Assembly: GCA_012295275.1 (NCBI GenBank)
Contig: CM022678.1
Coordinates: forward strand, 20,088,001 to 20,152,000
Reading direction: 5' to 3'
From: Chrysomallon squamiferum
Taxonomy: Eukaryota; Animalia; Mollusca
Length of the DNA: 64,000 nucleotides
This document shows positions 1 to 14,200 of the stretch, piece by piece. The position numbers and the translations under genes were made by a program. Numbering within the stretch: the first letter of the stretch is position 1; each line of letters begins with the position of its first letter. A model generated the notes under the pieces. That model ran no database searches. It saw only the letters and a program-made list of their open reading frames with translations, and was not told the DNA's origin.

Positions 1-449
1 TAGAACTGTTAATGTGACTTCCATGTGTACCGTTATACAATTTACATGGCTATATGAAATAATTAGTAATAAATAATTTCCATGTTTAGTATCTTAATGT
101 CCTAAATTAAATAAGAAATAGCTTCAGTGATAGTTTCCATACATTTAGTATCAACTTCATTACATTAAAAGTATTATACTGTTCTGAAATAACAAATGGT
201 ATTAATGGTACAAATTCCATAAATTTAGTACCCTACTGTTCTAAATTAAATAATACTATCATTAATACAACTTCCATTCTTTTATTACACTAAATAACAG
301 ATAGTATAAATTATACCATACAGTGGAAGTTATAAAATGTCTTTCTTTTTAATTAGGATTAGGAAAAATGATTGAAACTTTAAAAAAAAAGGAGATAATT
401 TGAGGAATAAAAAGTATAAAAGTTATCATTATTGATGTTTTGTTTTTAC

Positions 450-1189
450 CAGTTATTTCCCGATCCAGACACATCAGTGAGCAGCTGTCTGAAATCAAAG
501 ACTTCCTTCAATGGTCCCTTCATAATTTCACTGACCACACCCTCCTCCATATCAACCAACACAGCCTGTGGGTAACAGAATAAAATATTACAAACATCTG
601 CTAACAATAACTACTCCCTTACTGTCAAATAATAATCACTAGCTGTAATGGATTTAATGAATATGTATTAGCACCTGTTATTATTCATATTTATACGGTC
701 ACGAATACTTAATGGTTTATGTTACAATTTCCAACAAGTCAGTTTTAACATGCAATTTTGCTTAGGCATGACAACACATACCTATGTTTTTAATAAAATA
801 TCATAGGAGAGCAATAATATTGAACTACCCTTATAATAAATGACTATATTAAGAAGGCAGAAATATTTTTACATTACAAATTTATAAATATCTTAACTGA
901 ATAATAAGAAAATAGACTAACGTTAAATTTTTTTTTTTTTTTAAATGAATTTTGATTTAAAATAAAAATACAAAATAATAAATAAATTTATAAAAAAGTG
1001 GTCACCCTTGCTTTCAGTGATCGGATTTTGCCTTTTCCCGTTCCAACTGGAATGTCTGCTGGATCGTCATAACGACTATCAACATTGCGAAAAAAGCTGG
1101 AAACTGGTTCGTCATAAATTCCATTCTGAAAAATGATTACAGATAAAAATATTTTATTTATTTTTATTATTAATGATTGTCATAGAAAG

Positions 1190-1221
<32 letters not shown>

Positions 1222-1568
1222 ATCCCAGTATTTAAAAGTAGAAGAAAATAATAATGGTTTCACTAGAAGACTTTATAATGTATTAAATATTTCTGCTTTA
1301 TTTACCTTGTTAACAGCTGCATGTTCTCGTAATGCCAAATCCCAAAAGCGGCATCCAATCTGGTTACCACACTGCCCAACTGAAATATTTCAAAAGTATA
1401 AATAAATTAAAATTCTGATGATTCTAGATATTGTTTCATTATTTTTCAGTATATAGTATTAAAGAAAAAAATAAAAATAAAAAAAAGAAAAAGAAAAAAA
1501 AAAAAAAAAGATTAATATATTGTGTCTTTAGTGAAACACATACCTTGTACAACAATAGACTGTGTCAT
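450..1568 (-). CDS. TUBE1: Tubulin epsilon chain, 5' part (coding exons 1568-1544, 1379-1306, 1125-1006, 565-450; gene continues left of window)
   Basis: Splicing at GT-AG sites with consistent phases gives MTQSIVVQ-VGQCGNQIGCRFWDLALREHAAVNK-NGIYDEPVSSFFRNVDSRYDDPADIPVGTGKGKIRSLKAR-AVLVDMEEGVVSEIMKGPLKEVFDFRQLLTDVSGSGNNW. It has the tubulin GQCGNQIG and GSGNNW motifs; the MTQS start and the LALREHA and DMEEGV segments are characteristic of epsilon-tubulin. Confidence 0.95.
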
Positions 1569-1928
1569 CTTAAAATAATAATTTTATTGATATAATGTTT
1601 CATAACTGGCGTAATTTCTATCATTTGATGTTATATCCATAATTATGTCACAACGTGTTTTCAGCGGATGTTGACATATTAAGAGTAACTAGCACGATAG
1701 AGTTGTCTTCCCTTCGGCTCTGGTTATTAATACGAAACCGTAGTAAAAGAAAAGAAACAAAGAACAAGAATACTTGTTTTACGTTCCTCACAAACACACA
1801 AATAAACGAACACACACACACACATATACAGATACATATATGCTCACACATAATTTGCACATATATCTGACCCTATAAATATATCATATTTATTTATTTC
1901 ATTACGTTTCCGGATTGACATGAATATA

Positions 1929-1960
1929 TTACGTCAATAATGTAATGACGTCACTCACCG
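1929..1960. promoter_or_regulatory. CRE-like sites plus candidate donor of a TUBE1 5'-UTR exon
   Basis: TTACGTCA at 1929-1936 and the perfect palindrome TGACGTCA at 1946-1953. Minus-strand CG|GTGAGT donor at 1959/1958. The TUBE1 ATG is immediately preceded by an acceptor-like ttattttaAG (1570-1569), implying an upstream non-coding exon. Confidence 0.4.
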
Positions 1961-2236
1961 TGTATCACTGCTGGGGAAAGGTTGAAAATAAGGCAGTGTG
2001 TAATGGAAATACTCTAATTTCACCATCGTAAGAAAAAATTTCGAATAAGGTAAAGAAAAATTATATTTTTCTAACTTAAAAGAGAATATCTTTTATTTAA
2101 ACACCGAATTTTTTGAAACTCTATGTTCTTATGGTCGCATTGTCTACATTTCCAAGTCTCGCTGATTTCCCTTTGGAATACGTATCTCTGTACCTGTTTG
2201 TCTTTTAGTAAGCGAGGACTGTCTTTGTAGTTTAGT

Positions 2237-5200
2237 TAGTGTGGATGTGTGGTTGTCTTTTATTTAGTGTGGATGTGTGTGTTTGTCTTTTATTTAGTAT
2301 GGATGGGTGGTTGTCTTTTATTTAGTCTGGATGTGTGGTTGTCTTTTATTTAGTCTGGATGTGTGGTTGTCTTTTATTTAGTGTGAATGTGTGGTTGTCT
2401 TTTATTTAGTGTGGTTGTCTTTTATTTAGTCTGGATGTGTGTTTGTCTTTTATTTAGTGTGGATGTGTGGTTGTCTTTTATTTAGTGTGGATGTGTGGTT
2501 GTCTTTTATTTAGTGTGGATGTGTGGTTGTCTTTTATTTAGTGTGGATGTGTGTTTGTCTTTTATTTAGTGTGGATGTGTGGTTGTCTTTTATTTAGTGT
2601 GGATGTGTGGTTGTCTTTTATTTAGTGTGGATGTGTGGTTGTCTTTTATTTAGTGTGGATGTGTGGTTGTCTTTTATTTAGTGTGGTTGTCTTTTATTTA
2701 GTGTGGTTGTCTTTTATTTAGTGTGGATGTGTGGTTGTCTTTTATTTAGTGTGGATGTGTGGTTGTCTTTTATTTAGTGTGGATATCTTTTATTTAGTGT
2801 GGATGTGTGGTTGTCTTTTATTTAATGTCGATATGTGGCTCTCTTTTATTTAGTGTGGATGTGTGGTTGTCTTTTATTTAGTGTGGATGTGTGGTTGTCT
2901 TTTATTTAGTGTGGATGTGTGGATGTCTTTTTTTAGTGTATTTAGTGTGGATGTGTGGTTGTCTTTTATTTAGTGTGGATGTGTGGTTGTCTTTTATTTA
3001 GTGTGGATGTGTGGTTGTCTTTTATTTAGTGTGGATGTGTGGTTCTCTTTTATTTAGTATGGATGTGTGGTTGTCTTTTATTTAGTGTGGATGTGTGGTT
3101 GTCTTTTATTTAGTGTGGATGTGTGGTTGTCTTTTATTTAGTGTGGATGTGTGGTTGTCTTTTATTTAGTGTGGATGTGTGGTTGTCTTTTATTTAGTGT
3201 GGATGTGTGGTTGTCTTTTATTTAGTATGGATGTGTGGTTGTCTTTTATTTAGTGTGGATGTGTGTTTGTCTTTTATTTAGTGTGGATGTGTGGTTGTCT
3301 TTTATTTAGTGTGTGGATGTGTATTTGTCTTTTATTTAGTGTGGATGTGTGGTTGTCTTTTATTTAGTGTGGATGTGTGGTTGTCTTTTATTTAGTGTGG
3401 ATGTGTGGTTGTCTTTTATTTAGTGTGGATGTGTGGTTGTTTTTATTTAGTGTGGATGTGTGGTTGTCTTTTATTTAGTGTGGATGTGTGGTTGTCTTTT
3501 ATTTAGTGTGGATGTGTGGTTTGTTTTTTTATTTAGTGTGGATGTGTGGTTGTTTTTTTATTTAGTGTGGATGTGTGGTTGTCTTTTATTTAGTGTGGAT
3601 GTGTGGTTGTCTTTTATTTAGTGTGGATGTGTGGTTGTCTTTTATTTAGTGTGGATGTGTGGTTTGTCTTTTATTTAGTGTGGATGTGTGGTTGTCTTTT
3701 TATTTAGTGTGGATGTGTGGTTGTCTTTTATTTAGTGTGGATGTGTGTGGTTGTCTTTTATTTAGTGTGGATGTGTGGTTGTCTTTTATTTAGTGTGGAT
3801 GTGTGGTTGTCTTTTATTTAGTGTGGATGTGTGGTTGTTTTATTTTTATTTAGTGTGGATGTGTGGTTTCTCTTTATTTAGTGGATGGATTTAGTGTGGT
3901 TGTCTTTTATTTGTTTGTCTTTTTATTTAGTGTGGATGTGTGGTTGTCTTTTATTTAGTGTGGATGTGTGGTTGTCTTTTATTTAGTGTGGATGTGTGGT
4001 TGTCTTTTATTTAGTGTGGATGTGTGGTTGTCTTTTATTTAGTGTGGATGTCTTTTATTTAGTGTGGATGTGTGGTTGTCTTTTATTTAGTGTGGATGTG
4101 TGGTTGTCTTTTATTTAGTGTGGATGTGTGGTTGTCTTTTATTTAGTGTGGATGTGTGTTTGTCTTTTATTTAGTGTGGATGTGTGGTTGTCTTTTTATT
4201 TAGTGTGGATGTGTGGTTGTCTTTTATTTAGTGTGGATGTGTGGTTGTCTTTTATTTAGTGTGGATGTGTGGTTGTCTTTTATTTAGTGTGGATGTGTGG
4301 TTGTCTTTTATTTAGTGTGGATGTGTGGTTGTCTTTTTATTTAGTGTGGATGTGTGGTTGTCTTTTATTTAGTGTGGATGATTTGTGTGGTTGTCTTTTA
4401 TTTAGTGTGGATGTGTGTTTTGTTTTTTATTTAGTGTGGATGTGTGGTTGTCTTTTATTTAGTGTGGATGTGTGGTTGTCTTTTATTTAGTGTGGATGTG
4501 TGTTTGTCTTTTATTTTGTGGATGTGGATGTCTTTTTTTTATTTTAGTGTGGATGTGTGGTTGTCTTTTATTTTTGGATGTGTGGATGTCTTTTATTTAG
4601 TGTGGTGGATTGTGTGGATGTCTTTTTATTTAGTGTGGATGTGTGGTTGTCTTTTATTTTGGTGTTTGTCTTTTTATTTAGTGTGGATGTGTGTTTGTTG
4701 TTTTTTTATTTAGTGTGGATGTCTTTTATTTTGTGGATGTTTTTTTTATTTGTGGATGTGTGTTTGTCTTTTATTTAGTGTGGATGTGTTTTGTCTTTTT
4801 ATTTAGTGTGGATGTGTGGTTGTCTTTTATTTAGTGTGGATGTGTGGTTGTCTTTTATTTAGTGTGGATGTGTGGTTGTCTTTTATTTAGTGTGGATGTG
4901 TGTTTGTCTTTTATTTAGTGTGGATGTGTGGTTTGTCTTTTATTTAGTGTGGATGTGTGGTTGTCTTTTTTATTTAGTGTGGATTTGTGTGGTTGTCTTT
5001 TATTTATTTGTGGATGTGTGGTTTGTGGATTTTTTTATTTAGTGTGGATGTGTGGTTGTCTTTTATTTAGTGTGGATGTGTGGTTGTCTTGTGGTTGTCT
5101 TTTATTTAGTGTGGATGTGGTTGTCTTTTATTTAGTGTGGATGTGTGGTTGTCTTTTATTTAGTGTGGATGTGTGGTTGTCTTTTATTTAGTGTGGATGT

Positions 5201-8200
5201 GTGGTTGTCTTTTATTTAGTGTGGATGTCTTTTATTTAGTGTGGATGTGTGGTTGTCTTTTATTTAGTGTGGATGTGTGGTTGTCTTTTATTTAGTGTGG
5301 ATGTGTGGTTGTCTTTTATTTAGTGTGGATGTGGATGGTTCTTTTTTATTTAGTGTGGATGTGTGGTTGTCTTTTATTTTTGGATGTGTGTTGTCTTTTA
5401 TTTTGTGTGGTTGTGTCTTTTATTTAGTGTGGATGTGTGGTTGTCTTTTATTTAGTGTGGATGTGTGGTTGTCTTTTATTTAGTGTGGATGTGTGGTTGT
5501 CTTTTATTTAGTGTGGATGTGTGTTGTTGTCTTTTATTTAGTGTGGATGTGTGTTTGTCTTTTTTATTTAGTGTGGATGTGTGGTTGTCTTTTATTTAGT
5601 GTGGATGTGTGGTTGTCTTTTATTTAGTGTGGATGTGTGTTTGTCTTTTATTTAGTGTGGATGTGTGGTTGTCTTTTATTTAGTGTGGATGTGTGGTTGT
5701 CTTTTATTTAGTGTGGATGTGTGGTTGTCTTTTATTTAGTGTGGATGTGTTTTGTCTTTTATTTAGTGTGGATGTGTGGTTGTCTTTTATTTAGTGTGGA
5801 TGTGTGTTTGTCTTTTATTTAGTGTGGATGTGTGGTTGTCTTTTATTTAGTGTGGATGTGTGGTTGTCTTTTATTTAGTGTGGATGTGTGGTTGTCTTTT
5901 ATTTAGTGTGGATGTGTGTTTGTTTTTTAGTTTAGTGTGGATTTAGTGTGGTGTTGTTTTTTTTTTTTAGTGGATGTGATGTCTTTTTATTTAGTGTGGA
6001 TGTGTGGTTGTCTTTTATTTTAGTGTGGATGTGTGTTTGTCTTTTATTTAGTGTGGATGTGGTTGTCTTTTATTTAGTGTGGATGTGTGTGTTCTTTTAT
6101 TTAGTGTGGATGTGTGGTTGTCTTTTATTTAGTGTGGATGTGTGGTTTGTCTTTTATTTAGTGTGGATGTGTGGTTGTTTTTTTTTATTGTGGATGTGTG
6201 GTTGTCTTTTTTTATTTAGTGTGGATGTGTGGTTGTCTTTTTATTGGAGTGTGGTTGTCTTTTATTTGTGGATGTGTGTTTGTCTTTTATTTAGTGTGGA
6301 TGTGTGTTTTGTCTTTTATTTTGGATGTGTGGTTGTCTTTTTATTTAGTGTGGTTGTTTTTCTTTTTATTTTTATGTGTGGTTGTTTTTTATTTAGTGTT
6401 GTCTTTTATTTAGTGTGGATGTGTGGTTGTCTTTTTTATTTAGTGTGGATGTGTGGTTGTCTTTTATTTAGTGTGGATGTGTGGATGTGTGGTTTTTTTA
6501 TTTAGTGTGGATGTGTGTTTGTCTTTTTATTTAGTGTGTGGATCTTTTGTGTGTTTGTCTTTCTTTTTAGTGTGGATGTGTATTTTGTCTTTTATTTAGT
6601 GTGGATGTGTGTTGTCTTTTTATTTCTTGTGGTGTGGATGTCTTTCTTTTTTATTTAGTGTGGATGTGTGGTTGTCTTTTTTATTTAGTGTGGATGTGTG
6701 GTTGTCTTTTATTTTTGGATGTGTGTGTTTTATTTTTTTTGGATGTGTGGTTGTTTTTTTATTTAGTGTGGATGTGTTTTGTTTTTTTTTAGTGTGGATG
6801 TGTGTTTGTCTTTTATTTAGTTGGATGTGTGGTTGTCTTTTTATTTAGTGTGGATGTGTGTGTTGTTTTTTATTTAGTGTGGATGTGTGTTTGTCTTTTA
6901 TTTAGTGTGTGATTTGTCTTTTATTTGTGATGTTTTGTCTTTTATTTAGTGTGGATGTGTGTCTTTATTTTTGGTTGTCTTTTATTTAGTGTAGATGTAT
7001 GTTTTCTTTTTTAGTTTAGGTGTGTGTTTGTGTTTTTTATTTAGTGTGGATGTGTTTTTTTATTTAGTGTAGGTGTGTGTTGTCTTTTATTTAGTGTGGA
7101 TGTGTGTTTTGTCTTTTTTATTTAGTGTGGATGTGTGTTTGTCTTTTTATTTAGTGTGGATGTTTTGTCTTTTATTTGTGTGATGTGTTTTTTTTTATTT
7201 AGTGTGGGTGTGTGTTTGTCTTTTTTTTAGTGTGGATGTGTATTTTTCTTTTATTTAGTGTGGTGTGTTTATGTCTTTTTTTAGTGTTTTATTTAGTTTA
7301 GTGTGTGTGTGTTTTTTTTTTTTTATTTAGTGTAGGTGTGTATTTGTTTTTTTTATTTAGTGTGTGTGTGTTTTTATTTTTATTTTAGTGTAGGTGTATT
7401 TGTCTTTTTAGTTAGGTGTTTGTTGTTTGTCTTTTAGTTAGTGTGGGTGTGTATTTGTCTTTTATTTTAGTGTGGATGTGTATTTATCTTTTTAGTTAGT
7501 GTTTTTTTTTTTAGTTAGTGTGGGTGTATATTTGTCTTTTAGTTAGTGTGGGTGTATGTTTGTCTTTTAGTTAGTGGGTGTATCTTTTTATTGTGTATAT
7601 TTATCTTTTATTTAGTGTAGGTGTATATTTATCTTTTAGTTAGTGTAGGTGTATATTTATCTTTTTATTTTGTAGGTGTATGTTTGTCTTTATCTTTTAG
7701 TGTAGGTGTATATTTATCTTTTATTTAGTGTGGTGTATTTTTTTTTTTTTTAGTGTAGGTATCTTTTTTAGTGTTTATTTATCTTTTTAGTTAGTGTGGT
7801 GTGTGTATTTATCTTTTAGTTAGTGTAGGTGTGTATTTATCTTTTAGTTAGTGTAGGTGTTATTTATCTTTTAGTTAGTGTAGGTGTATATTTATCTTTT
7901 AGTTAGTGTAGGTGTGTATTTATCTTTTAGTTAGTGTAGGTGTGTATTTATCTTTTAGTTTAGTGTGGGTGTGTATTTATCTTTTAGTTAGTGTAGGTGT
8001 ATATTTATCTTTTAGTTAGTGTAGGTGTATATTTATCTTTTAGTTAGTGTAGGTGTATATTTATCTTTTAGTTAGTGTAGGTGTATATTTATCTTTTAGT
8101 TAGTGTAGGTGTATATTTATCTTTTAGTTAGTGTAGGTGTATATTTATCTTTTTTAGTTAGTGTAGGTGTGTATTTATCTTTTAGTTAGTGTAGGTGTGT

Positions 8201-11200
8201 ATATTTATCTTTTAGTTAGTGTGGGTGTATATTTATCTTTTAGTTAGTGTGGGTGTATATTTATCTTTTTTAGTTAGTGTAGGTGTATATATTTATCTTT
8301 TAGTTAGTGTAGGTGTATATTTATCTTTTTAGTTAGTGTGGGTGTATATTTATCTTTTAGTTAGTGTAGGTGTGTATTTATCTTTTTAGTTAGTGTAGGT
8401 GTGTATTTATCTTTAGTTAGTGTTGGGTGTGTATTTATCTTTTTAGTTAGTGTAGGTGTGTATTTATCTTTTAGTTAGTGTAGGTGTATATTTATTTTTA
8501 GTTAGTGTAGGTGTATATTTATCTTTTAGTTAGTGTAGGTGTGTATTTATCTTTTAGTTAGTGTAGGTGTATATTTATCTTTTAGTTAGTGTAGGTGTAT
8601 ATTTATCTTTTAGTTAGTGTAGGTGTATATTTATCTTTTAGTTAGTGTAGGTGTATATTTATCTTTTAGTTAGTGTGTGTATTTTATCTTTTTAGTTAGT
8701 GTAGGTGTATATTTATCTTTTAGTTAGTGTAGGTGTATATTTATCTTTTTTAGTTAGTGTAGGTGTATATTTATCTTTTTAGTTAGTGTAGGTGTGTATA
8801 TTTATCTTTTAGTTAGTGTAGGTGTATATTTATCTTTTAGTTAGTGTAGGTGTATATTTATCTTTTAGTTAGTGTAGGTGTATATTTATCTTTTAGTTAG
8901 TGTAGGTGTATATTTATCTTTTTTAGTTAGTGTAGGTGTATATTTATCTTTTTAGTTAGTGTAGGTGTATATTTATCTTTTAGTTAGTGTAGGGTGTATA
9001 TTTATAGGTGTATATTTATTTAGTTAGTGTAGGTGTATATTTATCTTTTTAGTTAGTGTAGGTGTGTATTTATCTTTTAGTTAGTGTAGGTGTATATTTA
9101 TCTTTTTAGTTAGTGTAGGTGTATATTTATCTTTTAGTTAGTGTAGGTGTATATTTATCTTTTAGTTAGTGTAGGTGTATATTTATCTTTTAGTTAGTGT
9201 AGGTGTATATTTATCTTTTAGTTAGTGTAGGTGTGTATTTATCTTTTAGTTAGTGTAGGTGTATATTTATCTTTTAGTTAGTGTAGGTGTGTATTTATCT
9301 TTTAGTTAGTGTAGGTGTATATTTATCTTTTTTAGTTGTGTAGGTGTGTATTTATCTTTTTAGTTAGTGTAGGTGTGTATTTATCTTTTAGTTAGTGTAG
9401 GTGTATATTTATCTTTTAGTTAGTGTAGGTGTATATTTATCTTTTAGTTAGTGTAGGTGTATATTTATCTTTTTTAGTTAGTGTAGGTGTATATTTATCT
9501 TTTTTAGTTAGTGTAGGTGTGTATTTATCTTTTAGTTAGTGTAGGTGTATATTTATCTTTTTTAGTTAGTGTAGGTGTGTATTTATCTTTTAGTTAGTGT
9601 AGGTGTATATTTATCTTTTTAGTTAGTTAGGTGTGTATTTATCTTTTAGTTAGTGTGGGTGTATATTTATCTTTTTAGTTAGTGTAGGTGTATATTTATC
9701 TTTTAGTTAGTGTAGGTGTATATTTATCTTTTAGTTAGTGTAGGTGTATATTTATCTTTTAGTTAGTGTGGTGTGTATTTATCTTTTAGTTAGTGTAGGT
9801 GTGTATTTATCTTTTTAGTTAGTGTAGGTGTATATTTATCTTTTAGTTAGTGTGGGTGTATATTTATCTTTTAGTTAGTGTAGGTGTATATTTATCTTTT
9901 AGTTAGTGTAGGTGTGTATTTATCTTTTTTCTTTTAGTTAGTGTAGGTGTATATTTATCTTTTAGTTAGTGTAGGTGTGTATTTATCTTTTAGTTAGTGT
10001 AGGTGTGTATTTAGTTAGTTAGTGTGGTTATTTATTTTTTAGTTAGTGTAGGTGTATATTTATCTTTTAGTTAGTGTAGGTGTATATTTATCTTTTATTT
10101 AGTGTAGGTGTGTATTTATTCTTCTTTTAGTTGGGTGTGTAGGTGTGTATTTATATTTATCTTTTAGTTAGTGTAGGTGTGTATTTATCTTTTAGTTAGT
10201 GTAGGTGTGTATTTATCTTTTAGTTAGTGTAGGTGTGTATTTATCTTTTAGTTAGTGTAGGTGTGTATTTATCTTTTAGTTAGTGTGGGTGTGTATTTAT
10301 CTTTTAGTTAGTGTAGGTGTGTATTTATCTTTTAGTTAGTGTAGGTAGGTGTATTTATCTTTTTAGTTAGTGTAGGTGTGTATTTATCTTTTAGTTAGTG
10401 TGGGTGTGTATTTATCTTTTTTAGTTAGTGTAGGTGTGTATTTATCTTTTAGTTAGTGTAGGTGTGTATTTATCTTTTAGTTAGTGTAGGTGTGTATTTA
10501 TCTTTTAGTTAGTGTAGGTGTGTATTTATCTTTTAGTTAGTGTAGGTGTGTATTTATCTTTTAGTTAGTGTAGGTGTGTATTTATCTTTTTAGTTAGTGT
10601 AGGTGTGTATTTATCTTTTAGTTAGTGTAGGTGTGTATTTATCTTTTTAGTTAGTGTAGGTGTGTATTTATTTTAGTTAGTGTTTTATCTTTTAGTGTAG
10701 GTGTGTATTTATCTTTTAGTTAGTGTAGGTGTGTATTTATCTTTTTTTAGTTAGTGTAGGTGTGTATTTATCTTTTAGTTAGTGTAGGTGTGTATTTATC
10801 TTTTAGTTAGTGTAGGTGTATATTTATCTTTTAGGTGTGTATTTATCTTTTAGTTAGTGTAGGTGTGTATTTATCTTTTTAGTTAGTGTAGGTGTGTATT
10901 TATCTTTTAGTTAGTGTAGGTGTATATTTATTTTAGTTAGTGTAGGTGTGTATTTATCTTTTTTAGTTAGTGTAGGTGTGTATTTATCTTTTAGTTAGTG
11001 TAGGTGTGTATTTATCTTTTAGTTAGTGTAGGTGTGTATTTATCTTTTAGTTAGTGTAGGTGTGTATTTATCTTTTAGTTAGTGTAGTGTAGGTGTGTAT
11101 ATTTATCTTTTAGTTAGTGTAGGTGTATATTTATCTTTTAGTTAGTGTAGGTGTGTATTTATCTTTTAGTTAGTGTAGGGTATATTTATCTTTTAGTTTA

Positions 11201-14200
11201 GTGTAGGTGTGTATTTATCTTTTAGTTAGTGTAGGTGTGTATTTATCTTTTAGTTAGTGTAGGTGTATATTTATAGTGTAGGTTTATTTATCTTTAGTTA
11301 GTGTAGGTGTGTATTTATCTTTTAGTTAGTGTAGGTGTGTATTTATCTTTTAGTTAGTGTAGGGTGTATATTTATCTTTTAGTTAGTGTAGGTGTGTATT
11401 TATCTTTTATCTTTTAGTGTAGGTGTGTATTTATCTTTTTAGTTAGTGTAGGTGTGTATTTATCTTTTTAGTTAGTGTAGGTGTATATTTATCTTTTAGT
11501 TAGTGTAGGTGTGTATTTATCTTTTAGTTAGTGTAGGTGTGTATTTATCTTTTAGTTAGTGTAGGTGTATATTTATCTTTTAGTTAGTGTAGGTGTGTAT
11601 TTATCTTTTAGTTAGTGTAGGTGTGTATTTATCTTTTAGTTAGTGTAGGTGTATATTTATCTTTTAGTTAGTGTAGGTGTGTATTTATCTTTTAGTTAGT
11701 GTAGGTGTGTATTTATCTTTTAGTTAGTGTAGGTGTATATTTATTCTTCTTTTAGTTTAGTTTTAGGTGTGTGTATTTATTTTTTTAGTGTGTGTAGGTG
11801 TGTATTTATCTTTTAGTTAGTGTTTATATTTATCTTTTAGTTAGTGTTAGGTGTGTATTTATCTTTTAGTTAGTGTAGGTGTATATTTATCTTTTAGTTA
11901 GTGTAGGTGTGTATTTATCTTTTAGTTAGTGTAGGTGTGTATTTATCTTTTAGTTAGTGTAGGTGTATATTTATCTTTTTTAGTTAGTGTAGGTGTGTAT
12001 TTATCTTTTAGTTAGTGTAGGTGTATATTTATCTTTTAGTTAGTGTAGGTGTGTATTTATCTTTTAGTTAGTGTAGGTGTATATTTATCTTTTAGTTAGT
12101 GTAGGTGTATATTTATCTTTTAGTTAGTGTAGGTGTGTATTTATCTTTTAGTTAGTGTAGGTGTGTATTTATCTTTTAGTTAGTGTAGGTGTATATTTAT
12201 CTTTTAGTTAGTTAGGTGTGTATTTATTTTATTTATATTTTATCTTTTAGTTAGTGTAGGTGTGTATTTATCTTTTTTAGTTAGTGTAGGTGTGTATTTA
12301 TCTTTTAGTTAGTGTAGGTGTGTATTTATCTTTTTTTAGTTAGTGTAGGTGTGTATTTATCTTTTAGTTAGTGTAGGTGTATATTTATCTTTTTTAGTGT
12401 AGGTGTGTATTTATCTTTTTTAGTGTAGGTGTGTATTTATCTTTTAGTTAGTGTAGGTGTGTATTTATCTTTTAGTTAGTGTAGGTGTGTATTTATCTTT
12501 TAGTTAGTGTAGGTGTGTTATTTATCTTTTTTTTAGTGTAGGTGTGTATTTATCTTTTAGTTAGTGTAGGTATTTATCTTTTAGTTAGTGTAGGTGTGTA
12601 TTTATCTTTTAGTTAGTGTGGGTGTGTATTTATCTTTTAGTTAGTGTGGGTGTGTATTTATCTTTTAGTTAGTGTGTAGGTGTGTATTTATCTTTTAGTT
12701 AGTGTAGGTGTATATTTATCTTTTAGTTAGTGTAGGTGTGTATTTATCTTTTAGTTAGTGTAGGTGTGTATTTATCTTTTTTAGTTAGTGTAGGTGTATA
12801 TTTATCTTTTTTTAGTGTTAGGTGTGTATTTATCTTTTGTAGGTGTGTATTTATCTTTTAGTTAGTGTGGGTGTGTATTTATCTTTTTAGTTAGTGTAGG
12901 TGTGTATTTATCTTTTAGTTAGTGTAGGGTGTATATTTATCTTTTAGTTAGTGTAGGTGTGTTTATTTTATCTTTAGTTAGTGTAGGTGTGTATTTTCTT
13001 CTTTTAGTTAGTGTTATTTAGGTGTAGTTGTTTATTTATCTTTTTAGTTAGTGTATAGGTGTTTATTTATCTTTTAGTTAGTGTAGGTGTTTATTTATCT
13101 TTTTAGTTAGTGTAGGTGTTTATTTATCTTTTTAGTTAGTGTAGGTGTGTATTTATCTTTTAGTTAGTGTAGGTGTGTATTTATCTTTTAGTTAGTGTAG
13201 GTGTGTATTTATCTTTTTAGTTAGTGTAGGTGTGTATTTATCTTTTAGTTAGTGTAGGTGTGTATTTATTTTTTTAGTTAGTGTGGGTGTATTTATCTTT
13301 TAGTTAGTGTAGGTGTATATTTATCTTTTAGTTAGTGTAGGTGTGTATTTATCTTTTAGTTAGTGTAGGTGTGTATTTATCTTTTAGTTAGTGTAGGTGT
13401 GTATTTATCTTTTAGTTAGTGTGTGTATTTATTTTTATCTTTTTAGTTAGTGTAGGTGTGTATTTATCTTTTAGTTAGTGTAGGTGTGTATTTATCTTTT
13501 AGTTAGTGTAGGTGTGTATTTATCTTTTAGTTAGTGTAGGTGTGTATTTATCTTTTAGTTAGTGTAGGTGTGTATTTATCTTTTAGTTAGTGTTAGTGTG
13601 TATTTATCTTTTAGTTAGTGTAGGTGTGTATTTATCTTTTAGTTAGTGTAGGTGTGTATTTATCTTTTAGTTAGTGTAGGTGTGTATTTATCTTTTAGTT
13701 AGTGTAGGTGTATATTTATCTTTTAGTTAGTGTAGGTGTGTATTTATCTTTTAGTTAGTGTAGGTGTGTATTTATCTTTTAGTTAGTGTGGGTGTATATT
13801 TATCTTTTAGTTAGTGTAGGTGTGTATTTATCTTTTAGTTAGTGTAGGTGTATATTTATCTTTTTAGTTAGTGTAGGGTGTATATTTATCTTTTAGTTAG
13901 TGTAGGTGTTTATTTATCTTTTTAGTTAGTGTAGGTGTTATTTATCTTTTAGTTAGTGTAGGTGTGTATTTATCTTTTTTAGTTAGTGTAGGTGTGTATT
14001 TATCTTTTAGTTAGTGTAGGTGTGTATTTATCTTTTAGTTAGTGTAGGTGTTTATTTATCTTTTAGTTAGTGTAGGTGTGTATTTATCTTTTAGTTAGTG
14101 TAGGTGTTTATTTATCTTTTTAGTTAGTGTAGGTGTATATTTATCTTTTAGTTAGTGTAGGTGTATATTTATCTTTTAGTTAGTGTAGGTGTTTATTTAT

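Noticed and set aside
1-330. Degenerate ttccat..tttagta repeats in the TUBE1 intron, possibly another junction-derived array
   Set aside because: The adjacent exon is outside the window, so the origin cannot be tested.
4269-6848. Cys/Val/Phe-rich ORFs (YLVWMCGCLLFSVDVWLSF...)
   Set aside because: Translations of the 28-bp satellite; they open and close with T-run indels.
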